The position numbers and the translations under genes are program-made. Below the pieces are notes generated by a model. That model did not search any database. It was not told the origin of the DNA and saw only the letters and a list, made by a program, of their open reading frames with translations. Source: Chthonomonadales bacterium (GTDB lineage Bacteria; Armatimonadota; Chthonomonadetes; Chthonomonadales; CAJBBX01). From it: a DNA stretch of 29,254 nucleotides. The stretch lies in the NCBI GenBank assembly GCA_037443035.1, contig JBBIPC010000029.1:1-29254 (forward strand). Reading direction: 5' to 3'. This document shows, in pieces, positions 8,828 through 18,779 of the stretch (the first letter of the stretch is position 1; each line of letters opens with the position of its first letter).

Positions 8828-9798
8828 TGAAGTACGGAACGATTTCCGGCATCGAGAAGCCGGTTTCACGGCTCATTCAGGGCGCACTAGTAGCTGCGGG
8901 TCGAGGCGAGGAGAAGGCCTTCGAGCTTCTCGACGCCGTTTACGATCTCGGATGCAACGCCTTCGACACGGCGGTTATCTACGGCCAGACCGACCGTATC
9001 CTGGGCAAGTGGGTCAGGGAGCGAGGCATCCGCGACAAGGTGGTCATCCTGGCCAAGGGTGCTCATCACAATGCTGACCGGCGACGCGTGACCCCGTTCG
9101 ATATTGCTTCGGACCTTCACGATACACTGGCGCGCATGCAGCTCCCCTATGTGGACCTTTACGTGCTCCATCGCGACGATCCCACCGTACCCGTTGGTCC
9201 CATCGTCGAGGCGCTGAACGAGCATGTGGCGGCAGGACGCATCAAGGCTTTCGGCGGCTCTAACTGGACTCACACACGGATACGCGAGGCTAACGAATAC
9301 GCCGCCGCCCACGGCCTCATCCCCTTTGCGGTTACCAACCCCCAGTACTGCCTGGCAGAGCAGAGGGAAGAGCCGTGGGAGAACTGCGTTAGCATCGGTG
9401 GCCCCAAAGGGGAGGAAGCGCGTCGGTACTACGCAGAGTGCGGCATCGCAGTCCTCTCCTGGTCTAGTCTAGGCGCTGGCTTCTTCTCGGGCCGCATCAC
9501 GAGGGAAAACGCCGCTGACTGGAAGGAAGGCTACGAAGCTCAGGCGGTACGATGTTACGGCTCGGAAGAGAGCTTCCAGCGGCTCGACCGCGTGCGGGAA
9601 CTGGCTGCTGCCAAAGGTGCAGAGGTACCCCAGATCGCCATGGCATTCCTCATGAACCAGCCCATGAACGTCTTCGCACTGGTAGGTTGCCAGTCGGCCG
9701 AAGAGTTCGCCAGCAGTGCAGCAGCGCTGGACATCGAGCTGACCCAGGAAGAACTCGACTACCTAGACCTGAAGACAGACCAGCGACCGTTTGGGTAG
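8827..9798 (+). CDS. Aldo/keto reductase
   Basis: Catalytic tetrad motifs FDTAVIYG, ILAKG, DLYVLHRD; GGSNW; WSSLGAG. The GTG start overlaps the upstream TAG (TAGTG), with a GGAGG RBS. Confidence 0.92.
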   Translation: MKYGTISGIEKPVSRLIQGALVAAGRGEEKAFELLDAVYDLGCNAFDTAVIYGQTDRILGKWVRERGIRDKVVILAKGAHHNADRRRVTPFDIASDLHDTLARMQLPYVDLYVLHRDDPTVPVGPIVEALNEHVAAGRIKAFGGSNWTHTRIREANEYAAAHGLIPFAVTNPQYCLAEQREEPWENCVSIGGPKGEEARRYYAECGIAVLSWSSLGAGFFSGRITRENAADWKEGYEAQAVRCYGSEESFQRLDRVRELAAAKGAEVPQIAMAFLMNQPMNVFALVGCQSAEEFASSAAALDIELTQEELDYLDLKTDQRPFG

Positions 9799-9840
9799 GT
9801 CTCGATCCCTTCGCAGATTCGGCGAGAGCGAGCCGCGATC

Positions 9841-10572
9841 CTACTTCTGATCCGGTTCGAAGAGGCTATCCGGCGGATCGAGGTTCACTTTGAGGTCCCT
9901 GTAGGCTGTAGCGCCTGCAAGGATGCCTTCCGCATTGCGTACCTCGATCCGCGTGGGGATCCATACGCCCGGAAGAACCTCCACAGGTTGGAGGTAATCG
10001 AACGTGGCGCGGACCTTGCCCTCGGAGTCCAACCATTCCCTGCGGACCAGATACTTCCTGCGGGTATCCATCCACAGGACATAACGGCTTGTATCCCCAT
10101 CGCCGAAACGGATCTCGAACGTTGGCAGGGAGCGTCCTTGGAGCACTTCGGTCCGGACATACTTCCAGCGCATCTGCTCCAGACGCGCCGGCGTCAGGAT
10201 CCCGATGTCTAGTAGGGAGTGGCGCTTGCCAAGCTCCGCGCCCATCTCGTCCCTTCGACGCAGACCGAGCTGGGGAACGCGAATGTAGCGTGTGGATCCG
10301 TTGACAATGAACACACCGAGGCGGTTGTCCATGCGGAACTTGTCGGGGTCTTTGTAACGGATGGTGACTTCGCGAAGGCGATAGAGAACGCCGAAGTCCT
10401 TGTTGATCTTCTCGAGCTGGGGCAGATCGGCCTTCTCCACGGTAACGCGTGCCTCGAGGTCTCGAACGCCGTTGACGGTACATGCCGCCAGGTCGGCGTC
10501 AGCCGATGACGTTCGGGACTGAGGACCTGCCAAGAGGATCAGCGTGAGGAAAGCCGGAATCAGAACACGCAT
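9841..10572 (-). CDS. LolA-like / outer-membrane lipoprotein-sorting protein
   Basis: Signal peptide; YKDPDKFRMD, YVLWMD..KYLVRREWLD..G and GVWIPTRIEV, a LolA/LolB-like beta-rich pattern. Confidence 0.7.
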   Translation of the reverse strand: MRVLIPAFLTLILLAGPQSRTSSADADLAACTVNGVRDLEARVTVEKADLPQLEKINKDFGVLYRLREVTIRYKDPDKFRMDNRLGVFIVNGSTRYIRVPQLGLRRRDEMGAELGKRHSLLDIGILTPARLEQMRWKYVRTEVLQGRSLPTFEIRFGDGDTSRYVLWMDTRRKYLVRREWLDSEGKVRATFDYLQPVEVLPGVWIPTRIEVRNAEGILAGATAYRDLKVNLDPPDSLFEPDQK

Positions 10573-10634
10573 GACGAGAGCTTACCCTATCGTGCAAGGG
10601 GCTTGCCACGACGCCCGGTCGGCAGGATGGGCGC

Positions 10635-11573
10635 CTAGCCTGTCTTGCGGAAAATCGGTGTCACTCCATGCGCTGACCTTAGTGTCTCTTCTCGTTCGCG
10701 CCGGGTCATCGGTCGGAACCGACTGGCGATGTCCACTGCGAGCCGGAACAAGCGCACGTCCCCAGGCGGCACAGCGGCAGTGATGGGTTCCGAGAGAGTG
10801 AAACGAAGAGCCCGCGCAGCCTGGTCGGGATCGGCCACCGGCTCGTACCAGCACTTGGGATAGCGATGCTCGGCGCCCTGGGGCCACGGACGGTATGCCA
10901 TGGCTTTGAGCGCAAGGCAGCCCATACGCCGTGCCCTGGCCGCCTGCAGAACCTGAGGACCGAAGCCGCCTTCAGAGTAGCAGACGTAGTTGAACGGGAA
11001 TAGAATGGTGTCGAACTCGAAACGGTCCATGGCCGCCAGTGCGGCTTCCACTGAATGAGCGGAGAACCCCAGGAACCTCACCGTTCCTGCGCGTCTGGCG
11101 TCATTCAGCACTTCGATTGCACCACCACGACCGAGCGCCTGATCCACGTCTTCCTGTGAGGTCAGGGCGTGCAACTGATACAGATCGAGATGGTCCGTGC
11201 GCAAGCGCTTCAGGGACGTACTCAGCTCCTCGGCGGCGCCAGCTCGGTCGCGGCGGGCGGTCTTGCATGCTAGGAACACCTTGTCCCGGAGCCCTGCCAA
11301 CGCGTGGCCGAGCTTCTCCTCTGCCTCTCCGTTGCCATAGCTGGGCGCCACATCGAAGTAGTTCACCCCGCGGTCGTATGCTTCACGCACGATACGGTCG
11401 GCTTCGTCTTGATTATGACCGACGACCACAATACCGCCGAGGCCGATGATGCTAAGGCGCGCGCCTGTCTTGCCAAGAACGCGCCTGGGTAGAGGGGCAG
11501 CGTCGGTTTCCCTTGCCAAGCCAGCAGTGGCTAGCGAAATGGCGGTCGTGGTGAGAAAGGTGCGGCGATCCAT
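10635..11573 (-). CDS. Aldo/keto reductase with twin-arginine signal
   Basis: N-terminus MDRRTFL; RRVLGKTG, NYFDVAPSYG, FLACKT, DLYQLHA, GFSAH, LALKAM; GGGAG RBS. Confidence 0.92.
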   Translation of the reverse strand: MDRRTFLTTTAISLATAGLARETDAAPLPRRVLGKTGARLSIIGLGGIVVVGHNQDEADRIVREAYDRGVNYFDVAPSYGNGEAEEKLGHALAGLRDKVFLACKTARRDRAGAAEELSTSLKRLRTDHLDLYQLHALTSQEDVDQALGRGGAIEVLNDARRAGTVRFLGFSAHSVEAALAAMDRFEFDTILFPFNYVCYSEGGFGPQVLQAARARRMGCLALKAMAYRPWPQGAEHRYPKCWYEPVADPDQAARALRFTLSEPITAAVPPGDVRLFRLAVDIASRFRPMTRREREETLRSAHGVTPIFRKTG

Positions 11574-11730
11574 GACACAACTCCCGAAAGACGTCTCCTT
11601 TCTTTGCCTTTACGCACAGAGAGTCATGTATGGTTCAACCAACGGCAAGTCGGCCCAGCACCTTTCCGCCTGTCCGATACTGCACGCGAGTAACCATCGT
11701 AGAAGCACCCAATACCTCAGGAGGAGAGCC

Positions 11731-13473
11731 ATGAATATCCTGGACACCCACGATGGAAGCAGTACGACGGAGAATGGCACCCGCCAACTCGCAGCGGGGG
11801 AAAGAGGCACCCCGCTTACTACGAGCGATCTCCGGCGCATAGTGGACGAAGGCTCGGCAGTGCTGGAGGCAGCAGAAGAGCGACGGAATCTTCGCACGCG
11901 GCTACTGGAGATCCTCCAGGCGTTGGAGAGAGAGGCTGCTGCCGCAGAGGCCGACGAAGACGCACCGGGAGCAGAGTGGCTGCGTCGCGAGGCCACACGA
12001 CTGCGCGATGCCGCTTTTGGACCGGTACCCGCATCCGTATCGGTCACAGTATCAACCGCTAAGACGACCCTGCCGACCAAGCCGCCTTTCGTTCCCGTGG
12101 ACCCAACCGCGAAAGTGCCTGTCCTCACCCCTCAGAAGAAACCATCCCAGAAAGCCAGGCACAACGATCTGGTCCACTGGCAGTCACAGTGGGAGGAGCT
12201 GACGAAGGAGTTGGTAGGTAGCCATGAAGGAGCAGGCCGCACCGCTGCCCTCCTGCGCGCCAGGGCTGTTCTCTGTGGCGCGCACTCCTTCGTGCTGCGT
12301 GAGTCGGCAGATCAGAAACTCGCCGACGACGTCAAGGCCGCAGGAGCTCTGCGCAACGCGATCGTCCGCCGTCTGGAGGAGCTCGGCGTTCCATGGTGCG
12401 TGTCTCCTCGATGGGCCTTGTCGGAGGAACACAAGGAGCGGGCCGCCCGCCTGCGCCTCATCTGCGACAGCTACTTCCGAACCGCCATAGCGTGGGAAGT
12501 ATTCCTCGATGAACAGGAGCATCCGTCCGCGCCCGAATCGCGGCGGTACCGGCTGCAAAGCACCTACTGGGCGACGAGGTACCACCAGGCGTTGCTTGGC
12601 CGCTTCGGTCTCAAGGACGCTCTGACGGATCAGTTGGCGACAGAGGTGGGTGCCGCTGCCCGAGAAGCTGGGGCCTGCGAGCCGCAGGAAGCCGACCTCA
12701 GTAGCGACACGCCGCTCGTCACTACGAGAACGCTGAATGCATTGCTGGAAGTCGGTGACAGGACCGAGGCGGAGCGGGCAGAGGTGAAGTCAGCCGACGC
12801 TCGCGACCAGGCCGTCGAGGAGGTGCTGAAGCTGGCCCAGTCGAGGCCCGATTTCGGCATCGACCCTGAGAAGCTTGCCGAGGACCGGGCGAGCATCAGC
12901 AGCGCTCTCCGCCAGGCGTTCGAGGTTGGTGTCCCGCCCTCCAACAAGGCCATGCGCGACGTCCTGCTCGACCGCTGGCATTCCCTCTTGGATGGCATGG
13001 ATGGCTTCGAGGTCTTCCTGCGGGAGGTGCAGGCTGAGCTGGATCGGCGCAATCAGCCCTTGGGCGACGAGGAGGCGGAGGCTGCGGAGTCCGTCGGCGA
13101 CAACGGTGTGGAACAACTGGCGCTGGCCTTGCGACCGTTCATGGAGGGGAAGTCTGTGCTGATCCTGGGTGGGGTTCCTCGCGTTCACACGGCACCTCGT
13201 CTCAAGGCTGCCCTGGGCTGTGCAAGCGTCGAGTGGCCTGAAGCCAAGAAGAATGACACTCCGGACAAGTTCGAATCCGACATGCGCCACGCCGACCTGA
13301 TCCTCATTGTCAAGAGCTACGCCAGGCACGCTATCAGCGAGGCCGCGGCGGCTATCGCCAACGAAATGGGTACCCACCGGGTCCTCCTCAGCGCCGGCTA
13401 CGGGGTGGCCAAGATCATCTCGCAGTTGCACGAATACTGCGCCAAGCGGGGGCTCGTAGGCGCCGCTGCCTAG
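11731..13473 (+). CDS. Large helical protein with C-terminal DUF2325-like domain
   Basis: AGGAGGAG RBS before ATG 11731 (the ORF-track start at 11446 overlaps the divergent gene). C-terminal KSVLILGG...HADLILIVKSYARHAISE..A...GYG matches the DUF2325 pattern as I recall it. The remainder is Ala/Glu/Arg-rich and helical. Confidence 0.7.
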   Translation: MNILDTHDGSSTTENGTRQLAAGERGTPLTTSDLRRIVDEGSAVLEAAEERRNLRTRLLEILQALEREAAAAEADEDAPGAEWLRREATRLRDAAFGPVPASVSVTVSTAKTTLPTKPPFVPVDPTAKVPVLTPQKKPSQKARHNDLVHWQSQWEELTKELVGSHEGAGRTAALLRARAVLCGAHSFVLRESADQKLADDVKAAGALRNAIVRRLEELGVPWCVSPRWALSEEHKERAARLRLICDSYFRTAIAWEVFLDEQEHPSAPESRRYRLQSTYWATRYHQALLGRFGLKDALTDQLATEVGAAAREAGACEPQEADLSSDTPLVTTRTLNALLEVGDRTEAERAEVKSADARDQAVEEVLKLAQSRPDFGIDPEKLAEDRASISSALRQAFEVGVPPSNKAMRDVLLDRWHSLLDGMDGFEVFLREVQAELDRRNQPLGDEEAEAAESVGDNGVEQLALALRPFMEGKSVLILGGVPRVHTAPRLKAALGCASVEWPEAKKNDTPDKFESDMRHADLILIVKSYARHAISEAAAAIANEMGTHRVLLSAGYGVAKIISQLHEYCAKRGLVGAAA

Positions 13474-13563
13474 TAGGCGCCCGTGGCGGCGGAGGGATCC
13501 ACAGCGCATGCGGCGAACTGCCTATGTGCAAAGGGTCTGCGCAAGCGAAGGGGAGGCGTTGGC

Positions 13564-14685
13564 ATGCTCGATCGCGCGAAGGCGGCAGTTTTCGTGGAGG
13601 CCGGGCGACCTCTGGATGTTCGGGAGTACGATGTCGCGGAGCCAGATGAGGGTATGGCTCTGGTGGAGATGGTCAGCTCCGGCATCTGCGGTACTGACGT
13701 GCACATCTGGGAGGGCGCGCTCGGCATCCGCGGACCGATCATCCTAGGCCACGAGTTCCTGGGTCGGGTGGCCGCTTTGGGTGCGCCGGTTCGGAGCACT
13801 CCACCAACCGATTGCTTAGGAAGGCCGGTGGCGGTAGGCGACCTGGTCGCGGTGAACGTCATCGAGCCGTGCGGCAACTGCCTTCTCTGCCGGACGGGTG
13901 GGGCCGCTTCATGCTTGCACCTCATGGAGTCCCTCACCTACACTCGGTCTCCCGATGAGCCGCCCCATCTTCACGGCGGTTACGCCGATGCTACGTACTG
14001 CCCGACCAGGTACTTGCATCGCCTACCTGAGGGACTTCCGCCCGATGTCGTGGCCACATTCCTGTGCGCTGGTCCCACTGTGGTGCGCGCTGTGACGTAC
14101 GGAGGAGGCATTGCCGCTGGAGAGCATGTGGTCGTCCAGGGGTCCGGCCCGGTGGGATTGTTCGCTGCACTGTGGGCAGCACGTCATGGCGCTGGCTCGG
14201 TGACGCTGCTCGGTTCCTCGTCACACCCCCAACGTCTTCGCCTGGCCGGACGTTTCGGAGCTGATCGCGTGCTGGACATCCGGTCGTCCTCGGTGGAGGA
14301 AAGGAAGCAGGCAGTGTTCAGCAACACCGTGGGCATCGGCGCCGACGTCGTCATCGAGTGCAGTGGGTCGCCGCAAGCGGTTCCTGAAGGGCTGAATCTG
14401 CTGCGGCCTCGTGGACGCTACCTGCTCGCAGGTCAGTACTCGGACCGAGGCGCTGTGCCCCTGCCGGTCCACGTCATTACGTTCAACGCTTTGCAGGTGC
14501 TCGGTAGCGCCCAGTTCACTTCGCAAGATCGCGAAGAGTACTTCCAGTTTCTCCTGCGGAACGCCAACGTATGGGATGCCGTTCGCGACACCGTTACCGT
14601 TCGAGCACCCGTCTCCGATGCCAACATGGCACTGGAAACGGTCCGAGCGGGAAAGGCAATCAAGGCGGTGCTCGTGCCGGGGTAA
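13564..14685 (+). CDS. Zinc-dependent alcohol dehydrogenase (MDR family)
   Basis: GICGTDVH, ILGHE, structural Zn site CGNCLLC..C, GSGPVG, DVVIECSG; GGAGG RBS before ATG 13564. Confidence 0.93.
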   Translation: MLDRAKAAVFVEAGRPLDVREYDVAEPDEGMALVEMVSSGICGTDVHIWEGALGIRGPIILGHEFLGRVAALGAPVRSTPPTDCLGRPVAVGDLVAVNVIEPCGNCLLCRTGGAASCLHLMESLTYTRSPDEPPHLHGGYADATYCPTRYLHRLPEGLPPDVVATFLCAGPTVVRAVTYGGGIAAGEHVVVQGSGPVGLFAALWAARHGAGSVTLLGSSSHPQRLRLAGRFGADRVLDIRSSSVEERKQAVFSNTVGIGADVVIECSGSPQAVPEGLNLLRPRGRYLLAGQYSDRGAVPLPVHVITFNALQVLGSAQFTSQDREEYFQFLLRNANVWDAVRDTVTVRAPVSDANMALETVRAGKAIKAVLVPG

Positions 14686-14688
14686 GCT

Positions 14689-16815
14689 GTGAACATGCAT
14701 CTCGCCGATTGCATCGCCCTGTGCCCAAGTGGCCGTGACCTGGCTCGCCTGAGATTGGAGGAGCAGGATCGGCGCGTGTTTCCGGCGTCGGTCCTGTGGC
14801 GCGCGGAGTCGTTCTGGGCTTCGGAGGGCCGCCCCATGACGCTTCGAAGGGCGGAGGCGCTGAATGCCGTTCTCGATCGGTGCGAGCTCATCCGCCTTCC
14901 CGGGGAGCTGCTCGTAGGTTCGGGGCATGGCAAGCTGACCGTAGCGGGCGATGCCACCGCCCTCGAGGAAGCACGCAAGGTTCTCCAGTCCATTGGGGCG
15001 CGCCACTTCGGCACCCACGCCGACCATGCCGCGCCGGACTATCCGACACTTCTTCGCGAAGGTCTGGTCGGACTACAGGAGCGGATCCAGGGAACCGCGC
15101 GGACCTTGCCCCCATCGGATCCGAGGGCTATCTTCCTCGAATCCATGCGAATGGCCGTCGAAGGCCTGCAACGCCACATGCTGCGGTGGGCTGCGGCACT
15201 CGAATCGGAGACGTCGGCCGGCCACCATTCAGCTCTCCTCGAAGCCCAGGCCACCATGCTGCGCGAGCTGTACCAGCGACCGCCTGCAACCCTATGGGAG
15301 GCTATGCAGCTGGTCTACCTGGTCCACTGCGCGTTCCAACTCGATGACCGATATGCCATGGCACTGGGCCGTGTGGACCAGTACTTCTGGCCATTCTACG
15401 AGGGCGATCTGGCTCGGGGACGGCTGACGCGCCAGAGCGCACTCCTGCTCGTCGAGCATTTCGTGGCCAAGCTCGCGGATCGTTGGGACATTCAGAACGT
15501 ATGCGTGGGAGGTCTGACTCCGTCTGGCGAGAACGCGGTCAACGACCTTAGTTACATGTTCGTAGAGGCCGCGAAACGTGTGGCGCGGCCTGGCGCGAAT
15601 CTCACGGCGCGCATCAACCGATCAACGCCGAACGATTTCCTGCTGGCGTGTGCCGACTGTATGCGTGGTGGAAGCGGCTTTCCAGCGGTGTACAACGATG
15701 ACGTCCAGGTGTCGGCCCTGGTGGAGCAAGGCTATCCTCTGGAGGATGCACGGGATTACTGCTTCGTGGGGTGCATCGAGGCCTTCATCCCCGGCAAGCA
15801 GGCGCCGTGGGCAGACAGCCGTTTCAATCTCCTCCAGTGCGTGGAGAGGGCTGTCTTCGACGAGACGGCGGACCTCACCACCTGGGATGGTCTCCGAAGA
15901 GCGTGGGGCCACCGGGTTCGCCAAGGCGTGGCCCGTCATGTGGAGGAAATCCTGCGCATGGAGCGGGGAGCTGACGAACGCGCCGAAGAGCTCACTAGCC
16001 CCCTCTTGAGCGCTCTGACAGCCGACTGCATCGAGAGAGGTCTCGACGTGAACGCTGGAGGCGCACGCTATCCATCCAACCATGGCATCGCTGGGATGGG
16101 CATCGGCAGCACCGCCGACTCTCTCGCAGCCGTCAAGCGATTCGTCTATGACGAGCCATGCTACAGCCTGTCGGAGTTGCGGGCTATGCTTCGCGCCAAC
16201 TTCGTCGGATACGAGGCAGAAAGGACGCGCCTTCTGCGTGACGCGCCGAAGTACGGCAATGACGACGAGGAGGTGGACGCAATCGCTGTCGAAGCGGCCG
16301 CCGTATTCTGTCGAGAGGTTCTTCGTTACCGGACTGCTTCTGGCGGGCGGTTCTGGCCGTTGATGGCTGCCAATGTGCAGAATGTCGCTGCAGGAAGAGA
16401 GGTCGGAGCGACGCCGGATGGCCGTCTCGCAGGCGAACCGGTGAGCGACGCAGCATCACCGTCTTTCGGAAGGGATCGGCACGGGCCCACGGCCGTCGTC
16501 AGGTCCATTTCCAAGGTGGACTACCGCCTGGCTCCAGGTGGCAATGTCGTCAACATGAAGCTGCACCCCAGCGCCGTAAGGGGTGAGGCGGGTCTGCGCG
16601 CTCTTGCCGCGCTGATCCGCACCTGTTTCGAGCTGGGCGGTGTTCAGTTGCAATTCAACACCGTCGGGCGTGAGGTCCTGCTGGAAGCCATGGAGCATCC
16701 AGAGCTGTACGGCGACCTAGTGGTCCGCGTATCGGGCTTTTCGGCGTACTTCACGCGCCTCGAACGGGCCGTCCAGGAGGATGTATTGGCTCGGACCGAG
16801 CACCACGTGCTCTAG
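14689..16815 (+). CDS. Glycyl radical enzyme (PFL2/dehydratase-like family)
   Basis: Cys loop DYCFVGCIEA, glycyl loop LVVRVSGFSAYF, LGRVDQY, APKYGNDD, GATPDGR and QLQFNTV. Single active-site Cys, so not canonical PFL. Confidence 0.92.
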   Translation: MNMHLADCIALCPSGRDLARLRLEEQDRRVFPASVLWRAESFWASEGRPMTLRRAEALNAVLDRCELIRLPGELLVGSGHGKLTVAGDATALEEARKVLQSIGARHFGTHADHAAPDYPTLLREGLVGLQERIQGTARTLPPSDPRAIFLESMRMAVEGLQRHMLRWAAALESETSAGHHSALLEAQATMLRELYQRPPATLWEAMQLVYLVHCAFQLDDRYAMALGRVDQYFWPFYEGDLARGRLTRQSALLLVEHFVAKLADRWDIQNVCVGGLTPSGENAVNDLSYMFVEAAKRVARPGANLTARINRSTPNDFLLACADCMRGGSGFPAVYNDDVQVSALVEQGYPLEDARDYCFVGCIEAFIPGKQAPWADSRFNLLQCVERAVFDETADLTTWDGLRRAWGHRVRQGVARHVEEILRMERGADERAEELTSPLLSALTADCIERGLDVNAGGARYPSNHGIAGMGIGSTADSLAAVKRFVYDEPCYSLSELRAMLRANFVGYEAERTRLLRDAPKYGNDDEEVDAIAVEAAAVFCREVLRYRTASGGRFWPLMAANVQNVAAGREVGATPDGRLAGEPVSDAASPSFGRDRHGPTAVVRSISKVDYRLAPGGNVVNMKLHPSAVRGEAGLRALAALIRTCFELGGVQLQFNTVGREVLLEAMEHPELYGDLVVRVSGFSAYFTRLERAVQEDVLARTEHHVL

Positions 16816-16891
16816 AGCGTCGGCCAACCCAATCGGCGCCCAGCCTGCCGCTGCGACGGTACCTGAACAGTTCGGGCGGAGTAATACGCGT

Positions 16892-17698
16892 TCAGATCCA
16901 ACCCCTTGCCCGATAGTAGAACCAGCGTACCTGCTCGTAGAGCCACCAGCGGAAGACTTCGAGCCGTTCGCGCGTGCTCTTGGGGTTGGAAGGCGCGAAC
17001 TCCCGCTCCGTGGATGGATACGAGATCACGTCGAGCCCCAGCTTCCGGAAGACCGCCACGGCTCGGGAACTGTGGTAGGGAGAGGTCACGAGTATCACGC
17101 TCTTCCAGCCACGCTTCTGGGCCAGCGTGGCAAAGCGCATAGCCTCGTCTCGGGTACTCAGGACCGGTCCGATGGCCTCCACCGTCGGATTGCCGCACAA
17201 TCGCGCGATCTCGGCCACATCGGCCCGTGCGCTCGGGTGATCGCCGCCAACCTCCGTCCAGATCAGCCTTGGAGCCCAACCATCTTGCACCAGCCGCAGA
17301 CCGTCTATCATGCGCGCGAATGCTACGTGGTCGAGCTTGCGCTCCTTCGTGGTGGAGGATCCCAGTACGAGAACAGCATCAGCTCTGCGCAGCTCGTCCC
17401 GTCGAATCAGGCCGCGCGCGGCTCGGGGGACGATGGTCGTCATGGTCGCTATCGCGAAGACAATCACCGTGCCGGCGCTCAGGATCCAGAGGAGGCTGCG
17501 GAGGCGGACTGCGTACAGCAAGGCCCCCAATCCCGCGGCGATGGCCACTCCGACGCTGTGATCGAACTCCATGAACGCTTTCGGAATGCGCAGGGCATAC
17601 AGGCCGGCATACAGCAGGCCTCCCAGGACTGCACCCTGTACCATGTCCTTGCGGATATCACGCTGGCCGTTACCGCTACGATCCGCCTTGCGCCCCAT
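16892..17698 (-). CDS. YdcF/DUF218 (ElyC/SanA-like) membrane protein
   Basis: N-terminal TM helices; ADAVLVLG, STRDEA, VILVTSPYHSSRA..F and WLYE motifs. Confidence 0.88.
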   Translation of the reverse strand: MGRKADRSGNGQRDIRKDMVQGAVLGGLLYAGLYALRIPKAFMEFDHSVGVAIAAGLGALLYAVRLRSLLWILSAGTVIVFAIATMTTIVPRAARGLIRRDELRRADAVLVLGSSTTKERKLDHVAFARMIDGLRLVQDGWAPRLIWTEVGGDHPSARADVAEIARLCGNPTVEAIGPVLSTRDEAMRFATLAQKRGWKSVILVTSPYHSSRAVAVFRKLGLDVISYPSTEREFAPSNPKSTRERLEVFRWWLYEQVRWFYYRARGWI

Positions 17699-17827
17699 GC
17701 CTATCGTCTCCCGTGTCGAATCTGTGGATAGATTGTGGTCGGTGCATCATACCCTGCTCGGCCCACGGTCCATCCGCGTTGTTCGATGCCCCGTGGGCTG
17801 GACCACGGTAGCGGGTATCCTGAGCGT

Positions 17828-18760
17828 ATGACATCGAGGGAAGTCAGGGATGCCGAGCTATGCTTGTCCCTGCTGGATGCTGAGGGCGTGGTCGAGGCGT
17901 GCCGGCATACCCATCCGCTCTGGAATCAGGGCAGAGATTTCGCCGCTTACACGCAGCGGGTGGAGGAAGCTCTCGCACGCATGGACGGCACGATGCGGTA
18001 CATGGGGCTGTTCCATGCGACCCAAGGACTGGTGGCGACTGCCAGGGAGCTCGATACCTTTCTGAACTGGCAGGGCCAGGCTGTGCGCGCCATGGGAATC
18101 GCTGCAGTGTTCGTCCGCAAAGACCAGCGTCGCAACGGCATCGGCCGGGCCTTGATGCGGCACCTGCTGAACGATGCGAAGGCGCAGGGTTACCACGCCG
18201 CGTTCCTCTTCTCCGACATCGGCCCTACGTACTACGCAGCCCACGGCTTTCATGCGTATTCTGCCCTGGACTGGCATGCTTTGCCGGAGCAACTACCAAC
18301 CGACGCTATGCTGGCTATTCGCAGGGCCGAGAAGCACGATATCCGCAGAATGATCGAGTGGTACCACGCCAGCGCCTGTCAAGGAGGACTGTCCGTCCGG
18401 CGCGCGCCCGTCTGGTGGACCTACTTTCGCTGGTGGAGGGATGCCCCGGACGATTACATTCTATGCCATGGGTCGAAGGAGGTCGGTTACCTCAACGTGC
18501 GTCTGCGCGGTGACCGCCTTCACGTCTACGAGTGGGCAGCGCCTGGCATAGACGCTGAGCTCGTGTGGGGTGCCGTCCGCGCCCGGGCAGCCGACTACGG
18601 TGCGAATCTGCTGACGGGATGGTACGTACCCTGGCGGAAGGAGCCGTGGATGGTCACGACAGAGCGCTCCGCCGCGATCCCCATGGTGATCGCTCTGCAG
18701 GAAGACCTGGCGCTCCCCGATGCAGACACCGTGAACTTTGAGGAGCTCGACCACTTCTAG
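17828..18760 (+). CDS. GNAT-family N-acetyltransferase (Eis-like)
   Basis: Motif A GIAAVFVRKDQRRNGIGRALM and LFSDIGPTYYAAHGF, followed by a second GNAT-like half. Start uncertain. Confidence 0.85.
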   Translation: MTSREVRDAELCLSLLDAEGVVEACRHTHPLWNQGRDFAAYTQRVEEALARMDGTMRYMGLFHATQGLVATARELDTFLNWQGQAVRAMGIAAVFVRKDQRRNGIGRALMRHLLNDAKAQGYHAAFLFSDIGPTYYAAHGFHAYSALDWHALPEQLPTDAMLAIRRAEKHDIRRMIEWYHASACQGGLSVRRAPVWWTYFRWWRDAPDDYILCHGSKEVGYLNVRLRGDRLHVYEWAAPGIDAELVWGAVRARAADYGANLLTGWYVPWRKEPWMVTTERSAAIPMVIALQEDLALPDADTVNFEELDHF

Positions 18761-18779
18761 GCTAGGCTGGAGGAGTCCT

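Noticed and set aside
14689..16815. Calling the GRE pyruvate formate-lyase (pflB), CutC or HypD
   Set aside because: It lacks the adjacent Cys-Cys of PFL, and I cannot verify the specificity residues of other families without an alignment.
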